Assembly: GCA_963663545.1 (NCBI GenBank)
Contig: OY760505.1
Location: 192,001-256,000, forward strand
Length of the DNA stretch: 64,000 nt
DNA from: Candidatus Delongbacteria bacterium
GTDB lineage: Bacteria; CAIWAD01
Direction: 5' to 3'
Position 1 is the stretch's first letter. Every line of letters begins with the position of its first letter. Under the pieces are notes generated by a model that was not told where the DNA came from, ran no database searches, and saw nothing but the letters and a program-made list of their open reading frames with translations. Position numbers and translations under genes: made by a program. Positions 39,457-51,116 of this stretch are shown one piece after another.

Positions 39457-41304
39457 TCAGTCTCCTCCACCTGCCGATGCAAGTGCCCCGCTTGTATCAA
39501 CAGCCGCCGGGCGTGGCACGTACACGCGTGAGACATGGGTGCCGGGGTGTTTGCGCTCATACCAGTAATCGGTGAGTTTGAAGGCGATGGGAGCGGCGAT
39601 TTCGCTGCCGTGGCCAGCGTTTTCCACCAGCACAAAGACGGCGATTTCCGGATCGGGCTCGGGCATCCAGGACATGAAAAGGCTATGCTCCTTGCCGTGC
39701 GGATTTTCCGCTGTGCCCGTCTTGCCACCCGCCTCGTATGCATCACGTCGCAGATAACCGGCAGTACCTCCGGCGCGGACTACGCCCTGTGTAGCACTTT
39801 GAACCATTGCCCACGTACGTGGTGAAAGCTCAACCTGCTGGCGTTCGTAGACCAGATCCTCTCGCTCGCCCGTCGCACGATCCAGCAACGCCCGTCCGTA
39901 ATGCGGCGTGATACACCAGCCGCCGTTGGCAACGATGCACGCGTAGCGCAAAAGAGAAATCGGTGTGGTCAGCACTTCGCCCTGGCCAATGGCAAGGTTG
40001 AGCATCACACCCAGGCTCCAACCTTTTTCGCCGAAGTTCAGGTCGTACCATTCCGTGTCCGGCAAGAGGTCGCGCGACTCTCCATCGATATCGATGCCCG
40101 TCGGCACTCCCAAACCGAAGCTAAGACCCGCTGCGCGAATATCATCGGGACTCATGCGCAACCCCAGTTGGTAGAACCACACATCGCAGCTGTGTATCAC
40201 AGCCTGACGCATATTCATTGGGCCGTGGCCTTCCAGCTTCCAGCAGCGCTGTACATGGCGCCCAAGGCGGAAAGCGCCCTTGCAGTCTACGGTGAAGTTC
40301 TCCTCCACCAGGTGATGTTCGAGCGCGTAACCCGACACAGCGATCTTGAACAGCGATCCTGGCGGGTAGAGGCCCTGCACCGAGCGGTTGAAAAGCGGTC
40401 GCGTCTCCTCGTTGTTGAGGCGCTCCCAGACCTCGGGTGGCATGCGTCCGCTGAAATAGCGGGGATGAAAATCCGGCTTGCTCACCGAGGCCAGGATTTC
40501 TCCCGTGCGACACTGCGCGATCAGAATAACGCCCTGGCGATCGCCCATCAGCGAATCGGCCAGCGTCTGCAATTCGTAGTCGAGGGTCAGTTCAAGATCG
40601 CGACCGTGCAAGGGCGGAGTTGTAGGCATACCAGGCATGGGCCCCTTGTCACGTCCAAGGGCGTCCACCATGATGTACTCCACGCCCTTGAGCCCGCGAA
40701 TCTGCGCATCGTAATTACGCTCCACACCCTTCTTGCCCACCAGATCGCCAGCTTCAACGCCGGGAAAACGCTCGGCGCTTAACTCCTGATCGCTCACTTC
40801 ACCCAGATAGCCCACCGTGTGAGGCGCCAGATTCTCAGGGTAGTAGCGCTTCGGCTCGATCTGCACTTTGATACCGGGATAATCGCGCAGGTTCTCTGCC
40901 AACACCACGCGCATATCAAAGGAGATATCCGAAAGCAAACGCACGGCTTTCATACTGCCCCGTCCCGCCTGATGCAGACGACGGAAGAGACGGTCGGCGG
41001 GTGCATCACACACATCCGCCAGGCGTAATACAATGCTTGAATCACGCAGCAAAGTATGTGGCACACCGTAGACGGTGTAAGAAGGTCGGTTGTCCACCAG
41101 TACGCGGCCGTTTCTATCCAGCAACAAACCACGGTGGGGAGGAATTTCCTGCGTGCGTACTTGATTGCGACGGGAGCGGTCGATCCAGTCCTGCTGGCCT
41201 ACGAGCTGCAATTGGAAGAGGCGTAACACAAGCAGCGCCATGCCCACCAGCACTAGTGTAACCAGCAGCGTGCCGCGCGCTTGAATATCAGAAAGCTCAC
41301 GCAT
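39457..41304 (-). CDS. mrdA: Penicillin-binding protein 2
   Basis: PPGSLFK (SxxK), SCD and GKTGT. Lies between mreD and rodA. Confidence 0.95.
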   Translation of the reverse strand: MRELSDIQARGTLLVTLVLVGMALLVLRLFQLQLVGQQDWIDRSRRNQVRTQEIPPHRGLLLDRNGRVLVDNRPSYTVYGVPHTLLRDSSIVLRLADVCDAPADRLFRRLHQAGRGSMKAVRLLSDISFDMRVVLAENLRDYPGIKVQIEPKRYYPENLAPHTVGYLGEVSDQELSAERFPGVEAGDLVGKKGVERNYDAQIRGLKGVEYIMVDALGRDKGPMPGMPTTPPLHGRDLELTLDYELQTLADSLMGDRQGVILIAQCRTGEILASVSKPDFHPRYFSGRMPPEVWERLNNEETRPLFNRSVQGLYPPGSLFKIAVSGYALEHHLVEENFTVDCKGAFRLGRHVQRCWKLEGHGPMNMRQAVIHSCDVWFYQLGLRMSPDDIRAAGLSFGLGVPTGIDIDGESRDLLPDTEWYDLNFGEKGWSLGVMLNLAIGQGEVLTTPISLLRYACIVANGGWCITPHYGRALLDRATGEREDLVYERQQVELSPRTWAMVQSATQGVVRAGGTAGYLRRDAYEAGGKTGTAENPHGKEHSLFMSWMPEPDPEIAVFVLVENAGHGSEIAAPIAFKLTDYWYERKHPGTHVSRVYVPRPAAVDTSGALASAGGGD

Positions 41305-41307
41305 GAA

Positions 41308-41778
41308 TCACTCCCGCCACCCCTCGCCGCGCAGTCCGGGAATGAGAAAGAGCACAAACCAGAAGAGCAGCGTATAGATGGCGGTGGGAAGCGCGTGATA
41401 CAATGTGATACTCAGTGGCGTGGCGTCCATACCGGTGAAGCGTAGATTGGCCAGGAAGATCTCCGCCGGAACAATCAGGAGGATAGCACGCCCGATCATA
41501 TGCGGCAGCGGCAGCTTGTCCGCCGGATTCAACTGCATGCTTGCCAGAAAGCCCAGTGTTGTACCTACCAGCGCCATTGCTCCCAGGGGGTCTTCGCTGA
41601 GGATGTCCGTCAGTGCGCCCAGGCAAAAGCCCAGCAGCGACGCTCGTGCGGGACTCATTCCGGCTCCCAGCAACAATACGGCCACAGTCACTAGACCAGG
41701 CGCCCAGCCGAAAACACGCAGCAGATCCCCTAACGCAAGTTGTATCACAACAAGGAAGAGTAACGGCACACGTCTCAT
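41308..41778 (-). CDS. mreD: Rod shape-determining protein MreD
   Basis: Small multi-TM protein with GF..G.L.D, between mreC and mrdA. Confidence 0.8.
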   Translation of the reverse strand: MRRVPLLFLVVIQLALGDLLRVFGWAPGLVTVAVLLLGAGMSPARASLLGFCLGALTDILSEDPLGAMALVGTTLGFLASMQLNPADKLPLPHMIGRAILLIVPAEIFLANLRFTGMDATPLSITLYHALPTAIYTLLFWFVLFLIPGLRGEGWRE

Positions 41779-42602
41779 TCCTGCGCCTCCTCTGCCTCTT
41801 CGTCAAGCACGCAAGCGTCGGGCGCGGATTGTTGTACTACGTAAAGCTCCTCCAGCCGCTCCAGATGCGCCAGGGCCTGCAGACGTATCACCTTGAACAT
41901 GCCGCCGGTTTCGTGCACCGAGCTGACCACGCCCAGTGGAATGCCACCAACAAAGCGGCTGCCGTGGCCGGAAGTGATCACGGTATCACCGGGTATCACG
42001 CCGCTGGAAAGGGGAATATCCAGCAGTTCCATCTGCGGAGTTCCGTTGCCGGCCACAATTCCCTCTTCACGCGTTCGCGCCAGAAGAGCTCGCGCACGAA
42101 AGTCCCGGTGTGTCACGAGCAGCGCCCGGCTGTGATGCAGGTGAGGATCCAGCAGGCTTCCCGCCAGGCCGTCAACGGTCAGCAGAGCCTCGCCTCCGCG
42201 CACTCCGTCGGACAACCCCAGGTCGATGACCACCGTCTGCGGCTGTTGCGGATTTCCACGGGTAAGCACTCTTGTGGGAAAGTAGACCATGCCCGGCATG
42301 CGACTTATTCCTAACAGGCCCTCGAGCCGTTGGGCTTCGCGAGCCAGCTCGCGCAGACGGCAGTTCTCGGCGAAAAGCTCGATGGTGCGCTGGCGCAGAT
42401 GCTCGTTCTCTTTGCGCAACTCCAGGCCCTGGGGAATCCAGTTTACCAGCACAAGCGGATAGCGGAAGAGACGAAAGATGGTCTCACGTGATACTTGCGC
42501 GGGATAGCTTTTGCCGGAGAGGAGCAAGATCAGCGAGAGCAGGCTGAGCAGCAGCCACGTGATCCAGCCTGCCACCCGGGATTGTTGGGCGCCAGCTTTC
42601 AT
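41775..42602 (-). CDS. mreC: Rod shape-determining protein MreC
   Basis: TM, coiled coil LRKENEHLR and GDTVITSG...F..GIPLG. Confidence 0.92.
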   Translation of the reverse strand: MKAGAQQSRVAGWITWLLLSLLSLILLLSGKSYPAQVSRETIFRLFRYPLVLVNWIPQGLELRKENEHLRQRTIELFAENCRLRELAREAQRLEGLLGISRMPGMVYFPTRVLTRGNPQQPQTVVIDLGLSDGVRGGEALLTVDGLAGSLLDPHLHHSRALLVTHRDFRARALLARTREEGIVAGNGTPQMELLDIPLSSGVIPGDTVITSGHGSRFVGGIPLGVVSSVHETGGMFKVIRLQALAHLERLEELYVVQQSAPDACVLDEEAEEAQE

Positions 42603-42621
42603 AAGGGAGATCCCATTGCCG

Positions 42622-45238
<2,617 letters not shown>

Positions 45239-45254
<16 letters not shown>

Positions 45255-45871
45255 AGTGTCACCCTTTGTTCATGTATCTGGATTTCATTGGTGGCCAACA
45301 TCTGCAAAGCAGCCGGAAAGAGGCGATGCTCGATCTCCAGTACTCGCGCTGCGATTTGCTCCGGATCGTCCGTCGGCTTTAGCTCAACCGCCTGTTGCGC
45401 CAAAATGGGGCCTTCGTCGTAGCGCTCGTTGACCAGATGGACTGTCGCGCCACTGACCCGACAACCGGCGTGCCAGACGGCCTCGTGCACGCGATGGCCG
45501 TACATGCCCTTGCCACCGAAGGCGGGAAGCAAGGCTGGATGGATGTTGAGAATGCGATCCGGATAGGCCGCCAGCAGCGCCGCAGGTAGCATGCGCAAAA
45601 ATCCGCAGAGCGCGATGAGCTCAACCGAATGCTCTCGCAGGAAGGACAACAGATCCTGTACGGCTTTCGCCTCGCCGCGCCACGTGGATCGTCCGAAAAC
45701 GGCCAAGGGCAGACCGGCCCTTTCGGCGCGCGCCAAAGCTCCGATGCCATCGCGATCGCTCACCAGGCAAACCGGTGCGAGCTCCAGCTCACGTCGCTGA
45801 TGGGCGTCGAGGATGGCTTGGAAATTTGAGCCTCCGCCGGAGGCGAAGACGGCGAGCCGCCTAGGACCCAT
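45239..45871 (-). CDS. purN: Phosphoribosylglycinamide formyltransferase
   Basis: Motifs SGGGSNFQA, NIHPALLP and GATVHLV...DEGPI. Confidence 0.96.
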
Positions 45872-46108
45872 GTGTGAAAACCTGTCTGCTATCGATGCTA
45901 CCCGTGGCCCGTTTCACGCAGAGAATCAGTCTGCTCCACCGAAGCGGGGACCCGCGCTCCTCCTGAAATCGCCCACTGGCCGGCTTTTCGGCGTGGACGA
46001 AGCGCAAAGACATTGCAAGATAAAGAGTTAGCCCGGTACTTCCAATGTCGGCAGTGGAATGCTGGCGCAATGCCTTACATTTATTCCCAACAAAGGCAGG
46101 AAATCGGT

Positions 46109-48079
46109 ATGAACAACAGCAAGAAAACGCGCGGGCTGAGCCCCGACGCCTATCGTGTCATGGATGGACGTGGCTATCAGCCCTATGTCCCGCCCGAAAC
46201 TAGCATGCGCGAGTTCACCCTGCGAGCGCTGGTGCTGGGAGCCATTCTGGGCATCGTTTTTGGTGCCGCCAACGCTTACCTGGGCTTGAAAGTGGGCATG
46301 ACGGTCACGGCCTCCATTCCCGTCAGCGTAATCTCGATGGCGCTTCTGCGGGGCCTGTTCAAGCGTGGTACAATTCTTGAGAACAACCTGGTGCAAACCG
46401 TGGGCAGTTCGGGCGAAAGCCTGGCGGCCGGTGTGGTCTTCACCATTCCCGCGTTGATTCTCATGGGCGAGAATCCGCGCATCCTCACCGTCTTCCTCGT
46501 GGCCGCCCTGGGCGGATTGATGGGCGTCTTCATGATGATTCCCCTCCGGCGCTGGCTGATCGTGCGCGAGCACGGCGCCTTGCCCTATCCCGAGGGAACC
46601 GGTTGCGCGGAAGTGCTGGTGGCAGGCGAGGAGGGCGGAGGCAAAGCCAAGGCCGTCGCGGGTGGCGTTATTACGGGCTTCCTCTACAAACTGCTGATGG
46701 ATTCCCACGCCTTTGCGCTCTGGAGTGATGCGCCCGAGTGGACCTTGCGAAAACTGAAAACCGCCGTCGGCATGGACGCGCTGCCTTCGCTGCTGGGCGT
46801 CGGCTTCATTATCGGTCCGCGCATCGCCGGTTGGATGTTGGCGGGCGGTGCCCTGGGCTGGCTGGTGCTCATTCCTCTCTTCGGACTGATCGGCCAGGGT
46901 TTGACCACGCCGCTCTATCCGGCCAGCGTTCCCATAGCGGAAATGGGCCCCGGTTCCATCTGGAGCAGCTACATCCGTTACATCGGCGCCGGCGCCGTGA
47001 CCCTGGGCGGTTTGATCAGCCTGGCACGTAACCTGCCGGCCATGTTCAGCGGATTCGCCGCTTTTATCAAGCAGCTCAGTACTAAGACTCCGCGAGTGAA
47101 GGCGCAGACGGACTCCGCCTCTGTACAGCGCACGGACCGCGACTTGCCCCTCAAACTGGTGCTCGGTGGCTGCCTGGCAGTGGCCCTTTGCCTGTGGCTG
47201 ATTCCGGCCATGCACCTGGGATTGAGCGGTGCGCTGCTGGTGGTGCTCTTCACCTTCTTTTTCACGGTGGTCGCCAGCCGGGTTGTGGGTCTGGTGGGAG
47301 GTAGCAGCCTGCCGGTTTCCGGCATGACCATTGCCGCGCTCCTGGGCACCAGTCTGGCCTTTGCCGCAGTGGGCTTCACGGGCACACTTGCCAAGGTGGC
47401 TGCGCTGACGGTGGGTGCCGTGGTCTGTGTGGGAATTTCCACCGCCGGGGATATCAGCCAGGATCTGAAAACCGGCTTCCTGCTTGGTGCGACACCGCGC
47501 CGCCAGCAAATGGGTGAAATCGTCGGCGTGCTTTCCAGCGCCATTTTCATCGGTCTGATCATCTATCTGCTGCACGAAGCCTTCGGCATTGGTTCCCGCG
47601 AGCTCTCAGCTCCGCAGGCCACACTGATGAAGCTGGTGGTCGACGGTGTGCTGGACGGCAATCTGCCCTGGACACTGGTCTTCGTGGGGGCTGCTATTTC
47701 GCTGGTTGTCGAGCTGCTGGGCGTCAACAGTCTGCCCTTTGCGGTCGGTCTTTATCTGCCCATGAGCCTCTCGGTCCCGGTAATGCTGGGCGGTAGCATG
47801 CGTTGGCTGATGGAGCGTCACCCGAAGCGCAGTGAGGAAGACAAGCGCCAGGGACGCGAACGCGGAGTGCTATTGGCCAGCGGCCTTATCGCAGGTGAGG
47901 CGGTGTTGGGCATGTTCATTGCCGGTTTCATTGTGTTGAAGAAGCGCCTGGAATGGGATTTTGAATTGGCCATTCCACATTTTTGGGGCGCACAGGTAGA
48001 AGGCTGGCTGGGATTCCTGTTCCTGATGGGACTGGCCGCCGTGTTCTTCTACTTGGTGCAGAAACGACATGCCGAGTGA
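46109..48079 (+). CDS. OPT family oligopeptide transporter
   Basis: Motifs ANAYLGLKVG, ENNLVQT, LPYPEG, QDLKTGFLLGATP and APQATLM. Confidence 0.93.
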   Translation: MNNSKKTRGLSPDAYRVMDGRGYQPYVPPETSMREFTLRALVLGAILGIVFGAANAYLGLKVGMTVTASIPVSVISMALLRGLFKRGTILENNLVQTVGSSGESLAAGVVFTIPALILMGENPRILTVFLVAALGGLMGVFMMIPLRRWLIVREHGALPYPEGTGCAEVLVAGEEGGGKAKAVAGGVITGFLYKLLMDSHAFALWSDAPEWTLRKLKTAVGMDALPSLLGVGFIIGPRIAGWMLAGGALGWLVLIPLFGLIGQGLTTPLYPASVPIAEMGPGSIWSSYIRYIGAGAVTLGGLISLARNLPAMFSGFAAFIKQLSTKTPRVKAQTDSASVQRTDRDLPLKLVLGGCLAVALCLWLIPAMHLGLSGALLVVLFTFFFTVVASRVVGLVGGSSLPVSGMTIAALLGTSLAFAAVGFTGTLAKVAALTVGAVVCVGISTAGDISQDLKTGFLLGATPRRQQMGEIVGVLSSAIFIGLIIYLLHEAFGIGSRELSAPQATLMKLVVDGVLDGNLPWTLVFVGAAISLVVELLGVNSLPFAVGLYLPMSLSVPVMLGGSMRWLMERHPKRSEEDKRQGRERGVLLASGLIAGEAVLGMFIAGFIVLKKRLEWDFELAIPHFWGAQVEGWLGFLFLMGLAAVFFYLVQKRHAE

Positions 48080-48085
48080 TACAAA

Positions 48086-48544
48086 TCAGTCGTGTGACAC
48101 GGGGAGCTTCGGCTCCCCATTTTGTGATACAGCCGCCTCTGCGGCTGTCTTTCTCCAGGTAGGCAATAAATAGATGTGAGCGCTGACAGCCAGCACAACC
48201 ACGGCCAAAAGGAGTTGCACCCACCATGCCACTGAGACGCGCCAGCATGTGAAGGCAACGCCTCCCCAGAGCAAGAACAGACTTCCCAGCTTGTGTGATA
48301 CACTCATACCCAACCCTTGTTGATAACGTCTTAGATAAGGGCCGCACAATCGGTTGTGATACAGCCAATGGCTGAAACGACGGGAGGATCGTGCAAAACA
48401 GGCAGCAGCCAGTAGCAGAAAGGGTGTAGTAGGGAGCAGCGGCAAGAAGATCCCCAGGAAACCAAGAGCGACACAGAGGCCGCCAAGGGTGATAAGCGAG
48501 ATACGCAGCAAGCGGGAGTCTGTAATACGAGGAGGGTTTTTCAT
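48086..48544 (-). CDS. YbaN (DUF454) family inner-membrane protein
   Basis: Signature LGIFLPLLPTTPFLLLAAACFARSS. Confidence 0.9.
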   Translation of the reverse strand: MKNPPRITDSRLLRISLITLGGLCVALGFLGIFLPLLPTTPFLLLAAACFARSSRRFSHWLYHNRLCGPYLRRYQQGLGMSVSHKLGSLFLLWGGVAFTCWRVSVAWWVQLLLAVVVLAVSAHIYLLPTWRKTAAEAAVSQNGEPKLPVSHD

Positions 48545-48565
48545 CGGAAGTCTTTCAACACCTGT

Positions 48566-49456
48566 TCACCGATGCTGGTGCGGATACTCGGCTGCAAGCT
48601 GCTCTGTGATACGGGGAAGTTCGCCAAGCACATTGCGCAAACGATCCAGATTCAAGGGCAATTCGAGAGGTAAGGGTACGGGTAGTTGCGCAGCTGCAGT
48701 CGTGGAGGGCGCCAGGCATGCAGCATCCAATCCGAGGTGCGCGAATAACAAACGAGCAAACTCCTCACGACTAAGGTAATCGCAGCTTCCCACATTCAGC
48801 ACGCCGCTAAGAGTCTCGTTCTCGAGCAAACGTTGTATTACACGGCACACTTCGCCAACTGCGATTGTGTGCCGGCGATTGTCGTTGAACACGGGCACAC
48901 GGCCCTCGTGGTAACGCGCCAGCAGCCACTCGGAAAAACTGTTGCGTCCCGGTCGCGACGTGCCGAAAAGCAGGCTGAGGCGCATGACAAGAGCTTCCGG
49001 GCAGAGCTCGGCAATGGCCGCCTCGGCTTCCATCTTGCTGCGACCATAGTCATGCACTGGAGCCAGCGGGTCCGTCTCACACCAGGGTTTGCCACCGGAA
49101 GCAGCATCGGCATAGACAGTATCACTGGAGCAAAAAAGCAGGCGACGATCACGCCTGCGACACCAGCCAGCCATTTCGCGTGTGGCAACAACGTTCACTT
49201 GCCAGCAGGTGCGCGGATCCTCGGCAAAGGCAAGCGGCCGTGATACGGCCGCAGTATGCATGACGATGTCGGGATTCAACGCATTCAATCGATCGGTGAT
49301 CAAATGCGTGTCCGCCAAGTCGAGAGTGAGCGTTTCGCACTCCGCATCGGACTCTTCGCGATTGACGATCCCGCTCAATTCAACTTTTCCTTGCAGGCGT
49401 TGCGCCAGTCGTGCGCCAAGGAATCCGCTGATTCCACTGATGAGCACACGCTTCAT
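48566..49456 (-). CDS. RmlD-like NAD(P)-dependent sugar reductase (extended SDR)
   Basis: Motifs GISGFLG, HTAA, SSDTVY and YGRSK. Confidence 0.85.
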   Translation of the reverse strand: MKRVLISGISGFLGARLAQRLQGKVELSGIVNREESDAECETLTLDLADTHLITDRLNALNPDIVMHTAAVSRPLAFAEDPRTCWQVNVVATREMAGWCRRRDRRLLFCSSDTVYADAASGGKPWCETDPLAPVHDYGRSKMEAEAAIAELCPEALVMRLSLLFGTSRPGRNSFSEWLLARYHEGRVPVFNDNRRHTIAVGEVCRVIQRLLENETLSGVLNVGSCDYLSREEFARLLFAHLGLDAACLAPSTTAAAQLPVPLPLELPLNLDRLRNVLGELPRITEQLAAEYPHQHR

Positions 49457-50199
49457 CGCGGCAGCAGATTGCAGTGTATCACAAGTCCGGGACGATTATT
49501 CACCATGCCGATCTCGGCCTGGGGAAGTTTCGTTTCCGTGATCTGATCGGCGGTGCCCACTAGACGCAGCGCGTGAACCGCAGAAAAGATATGGTTGACG
49601 ACAAGGACACCCACCGTTGCCAGAGCCGCACTGTAGGCGTCCTCCGAGTAAGCGCGCGTATCACGGTACCGCACGCGCTCGTCACGACTCGTCCAACTCC
49701 ACGCCTCTGCAGGATCCAGGATCCGCCTCGCTGGCGTATTGTTCTGCAGCATGGCTTCGTTGTACTCCTCCACGGAGTCGTACTTGCCAATATTCACCCA
49801 GAAGTCGCTATTGCGCGAATGACGGCTGACACCAGCGTAGAGCTCGGCCTGGCTCATGTATTCGTGCTCTTTCATGCGCGCGAACTCGTAGAAGCCCCAT
49901 GTGGCTCCCGCCAACGCGACTTCCGCCCACAGCTGCCAGCGACCGCTGCCTTTGAGCTCCGGGTATGTCTTGGCAACGGCCCGTTGTCCCCACGTGGGAA
50001 TCAGCAGGCTGCGTGAGAAAGCGCCGAATCCTGAAACCGCACCTGCACGCCGATGGGCATGCAGCTCCTGTCTGACTTCACGGCGCTGAGCCAGCAGACT
50101 ATCGGCTTGTTGCGGATCGCCGTGGAAAATCACCGCTTGGGCTGGCAGCACACTCAGCAATATTGCAGCAAGCAGCAGTGTATGTGTGATACGTCGCAT
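49453..50199 (-). CDS. Exported/membrane hypothetical protein
   Basis: Signal peptide, SLLIPTWGQ and VVNHIFSAVHA. Similar to its neighbour. Confidence 0.65.
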   Translation of the reverse strand: MRRITHTLLLAAILLSVLPAQAVIFHGDPQQADSLLAQRREVRQELHAHRRAGAVSGFGAFSRSLLIPTWGQRAVAKTYPELKGSGRWQLWAEVALAGATWGFYEFARMKEHEYMSQAELYAGVSRHSRNSDFWVNIGKYDSVEEYNEAMLQNNTPARRILDPAEAWSWTSRDERVRYRDTRAYSEDAYSAALATVGVLVVNHIFSAVHALRLVGTADQITETKLPQAEIGMVNNRPGLVIHCNLLPR

Positions 50200-50222
50200 T
50201 TTATCTCCTCTGTGCCTCGCTC

Positions 50223-51107
50223 TCACAGCCCGCGAAATGACCAGGACAGCTGCACGGTCGTCACAGGTGCAACCTCCATCGGCAATTGCCGTGTCGACAC
50301 CTGCCAGCGATCCAGATCGTACCAGGTATCCGCGCGCTGCTCGTGTCGGTTGTTACGAGCGCGGCGTATCACAACATCCATGAAGCTGACTACATGATTC
50401 ACAACCAGCAAGCCCAGCCAGTTGTCGGCAGCGATCAGTTTATCGTTCGCCTCAGTACGCATGTCCATGTAGCGGCTGCTGTTGGGCGTGAAGTAGGTCA
50501 CGGACCACTCGCTATCGAAGTCGGACCAGCCGCGCTGGAATTGCGCGTATTTGCCGATCATCTCGAAGAACTGCTGTGTCTCAGTGACGGTAAAGTGATT
50601 CCAGGATTGATAGTCGCCAATATCCCATCCCAGCTCATAGTGTCCGGGAAGCACATGGCTGCCCAGCCCGGTTCCGTCCTCTGCTTCATCGCCTGTTCCG
50701 TTGATGCCATCCTCACCGGGATTCATGTAGGCTTCTTCCAACGCATACTCGTGCCGATCTACGCGGTTGGTGATGAAGGTTTCGTAGCTCCAGTTCTCGC
50801 GGGCGTATTCCTGAAACTCGCGCTCCAGATCATGCCCCTCGTTACTGAGTTTGCTGCTGATAGCCAAAGCACCGGCCTCAACGGCGACGAAGACGGCTGT
50901 TTTCCACCATTCGCCATGCACGGCCTGATTGAAGCCGGGTAAGAACAACCCCTCCAGCAATTCCAACCCAGCGGGATGGCTGCTACCGGAGAACTCGCTC
51001 TCAGCCGCCAGAAGTTCACTGTCCAGGTGGAAGAGCTGGCTGTGCAGATCCTGAGCCATTACCGGCAGGCTACAGCTCAACAGGGTTAGCAGTAAGGACA
51101 AACGCAT
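50223..51107 (-). CDS. Exported/membrane hypothetical protein (probable paralogue of neighbour)
   Basis: Signal peptide, LFLPGFNQ, FFEMIGKY.QF..GW and VVNHVVSFMD. Confidence 0.65.
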   Translation of the reverse strand: MRLSLLLTLLSCSLPVMAQDLHSQLFHLDSELLAAESEFSGSSHPAGLELLEGLFLPGFNQAVHGEWWKTAVFVAVEAGALAISSKLSNEGHDLEREFQEYARENWSYETFITNRVDRHEYALEEAYMNPGEDGINGTGDEAEDGTGLGSHVLPGHYELGWDIGDYQSWNHFTVTETQQFFEMIGKYAQFQRGWSDFDSEWSVTYFTPNSSRYMDMRTEANDKLIAADNWLGLLVVNHVVSFMDVVIRRARNNRHEQRADTWYDLDRWQVSTRQLPMEVAPVTTVQLSWSFRGL

Positions 51108-51116
51108 GATCTTCCC

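Noticed and set aside
46028..47575. 515-aa minus-strand ORF, and similar long antisense ORFs (5893-6972, 11277-12380, 24647-25960, 62213-63274)
   Set aside because: They lie opposite well-supported genes and are expected in GC-rich, codon-biased DNA.
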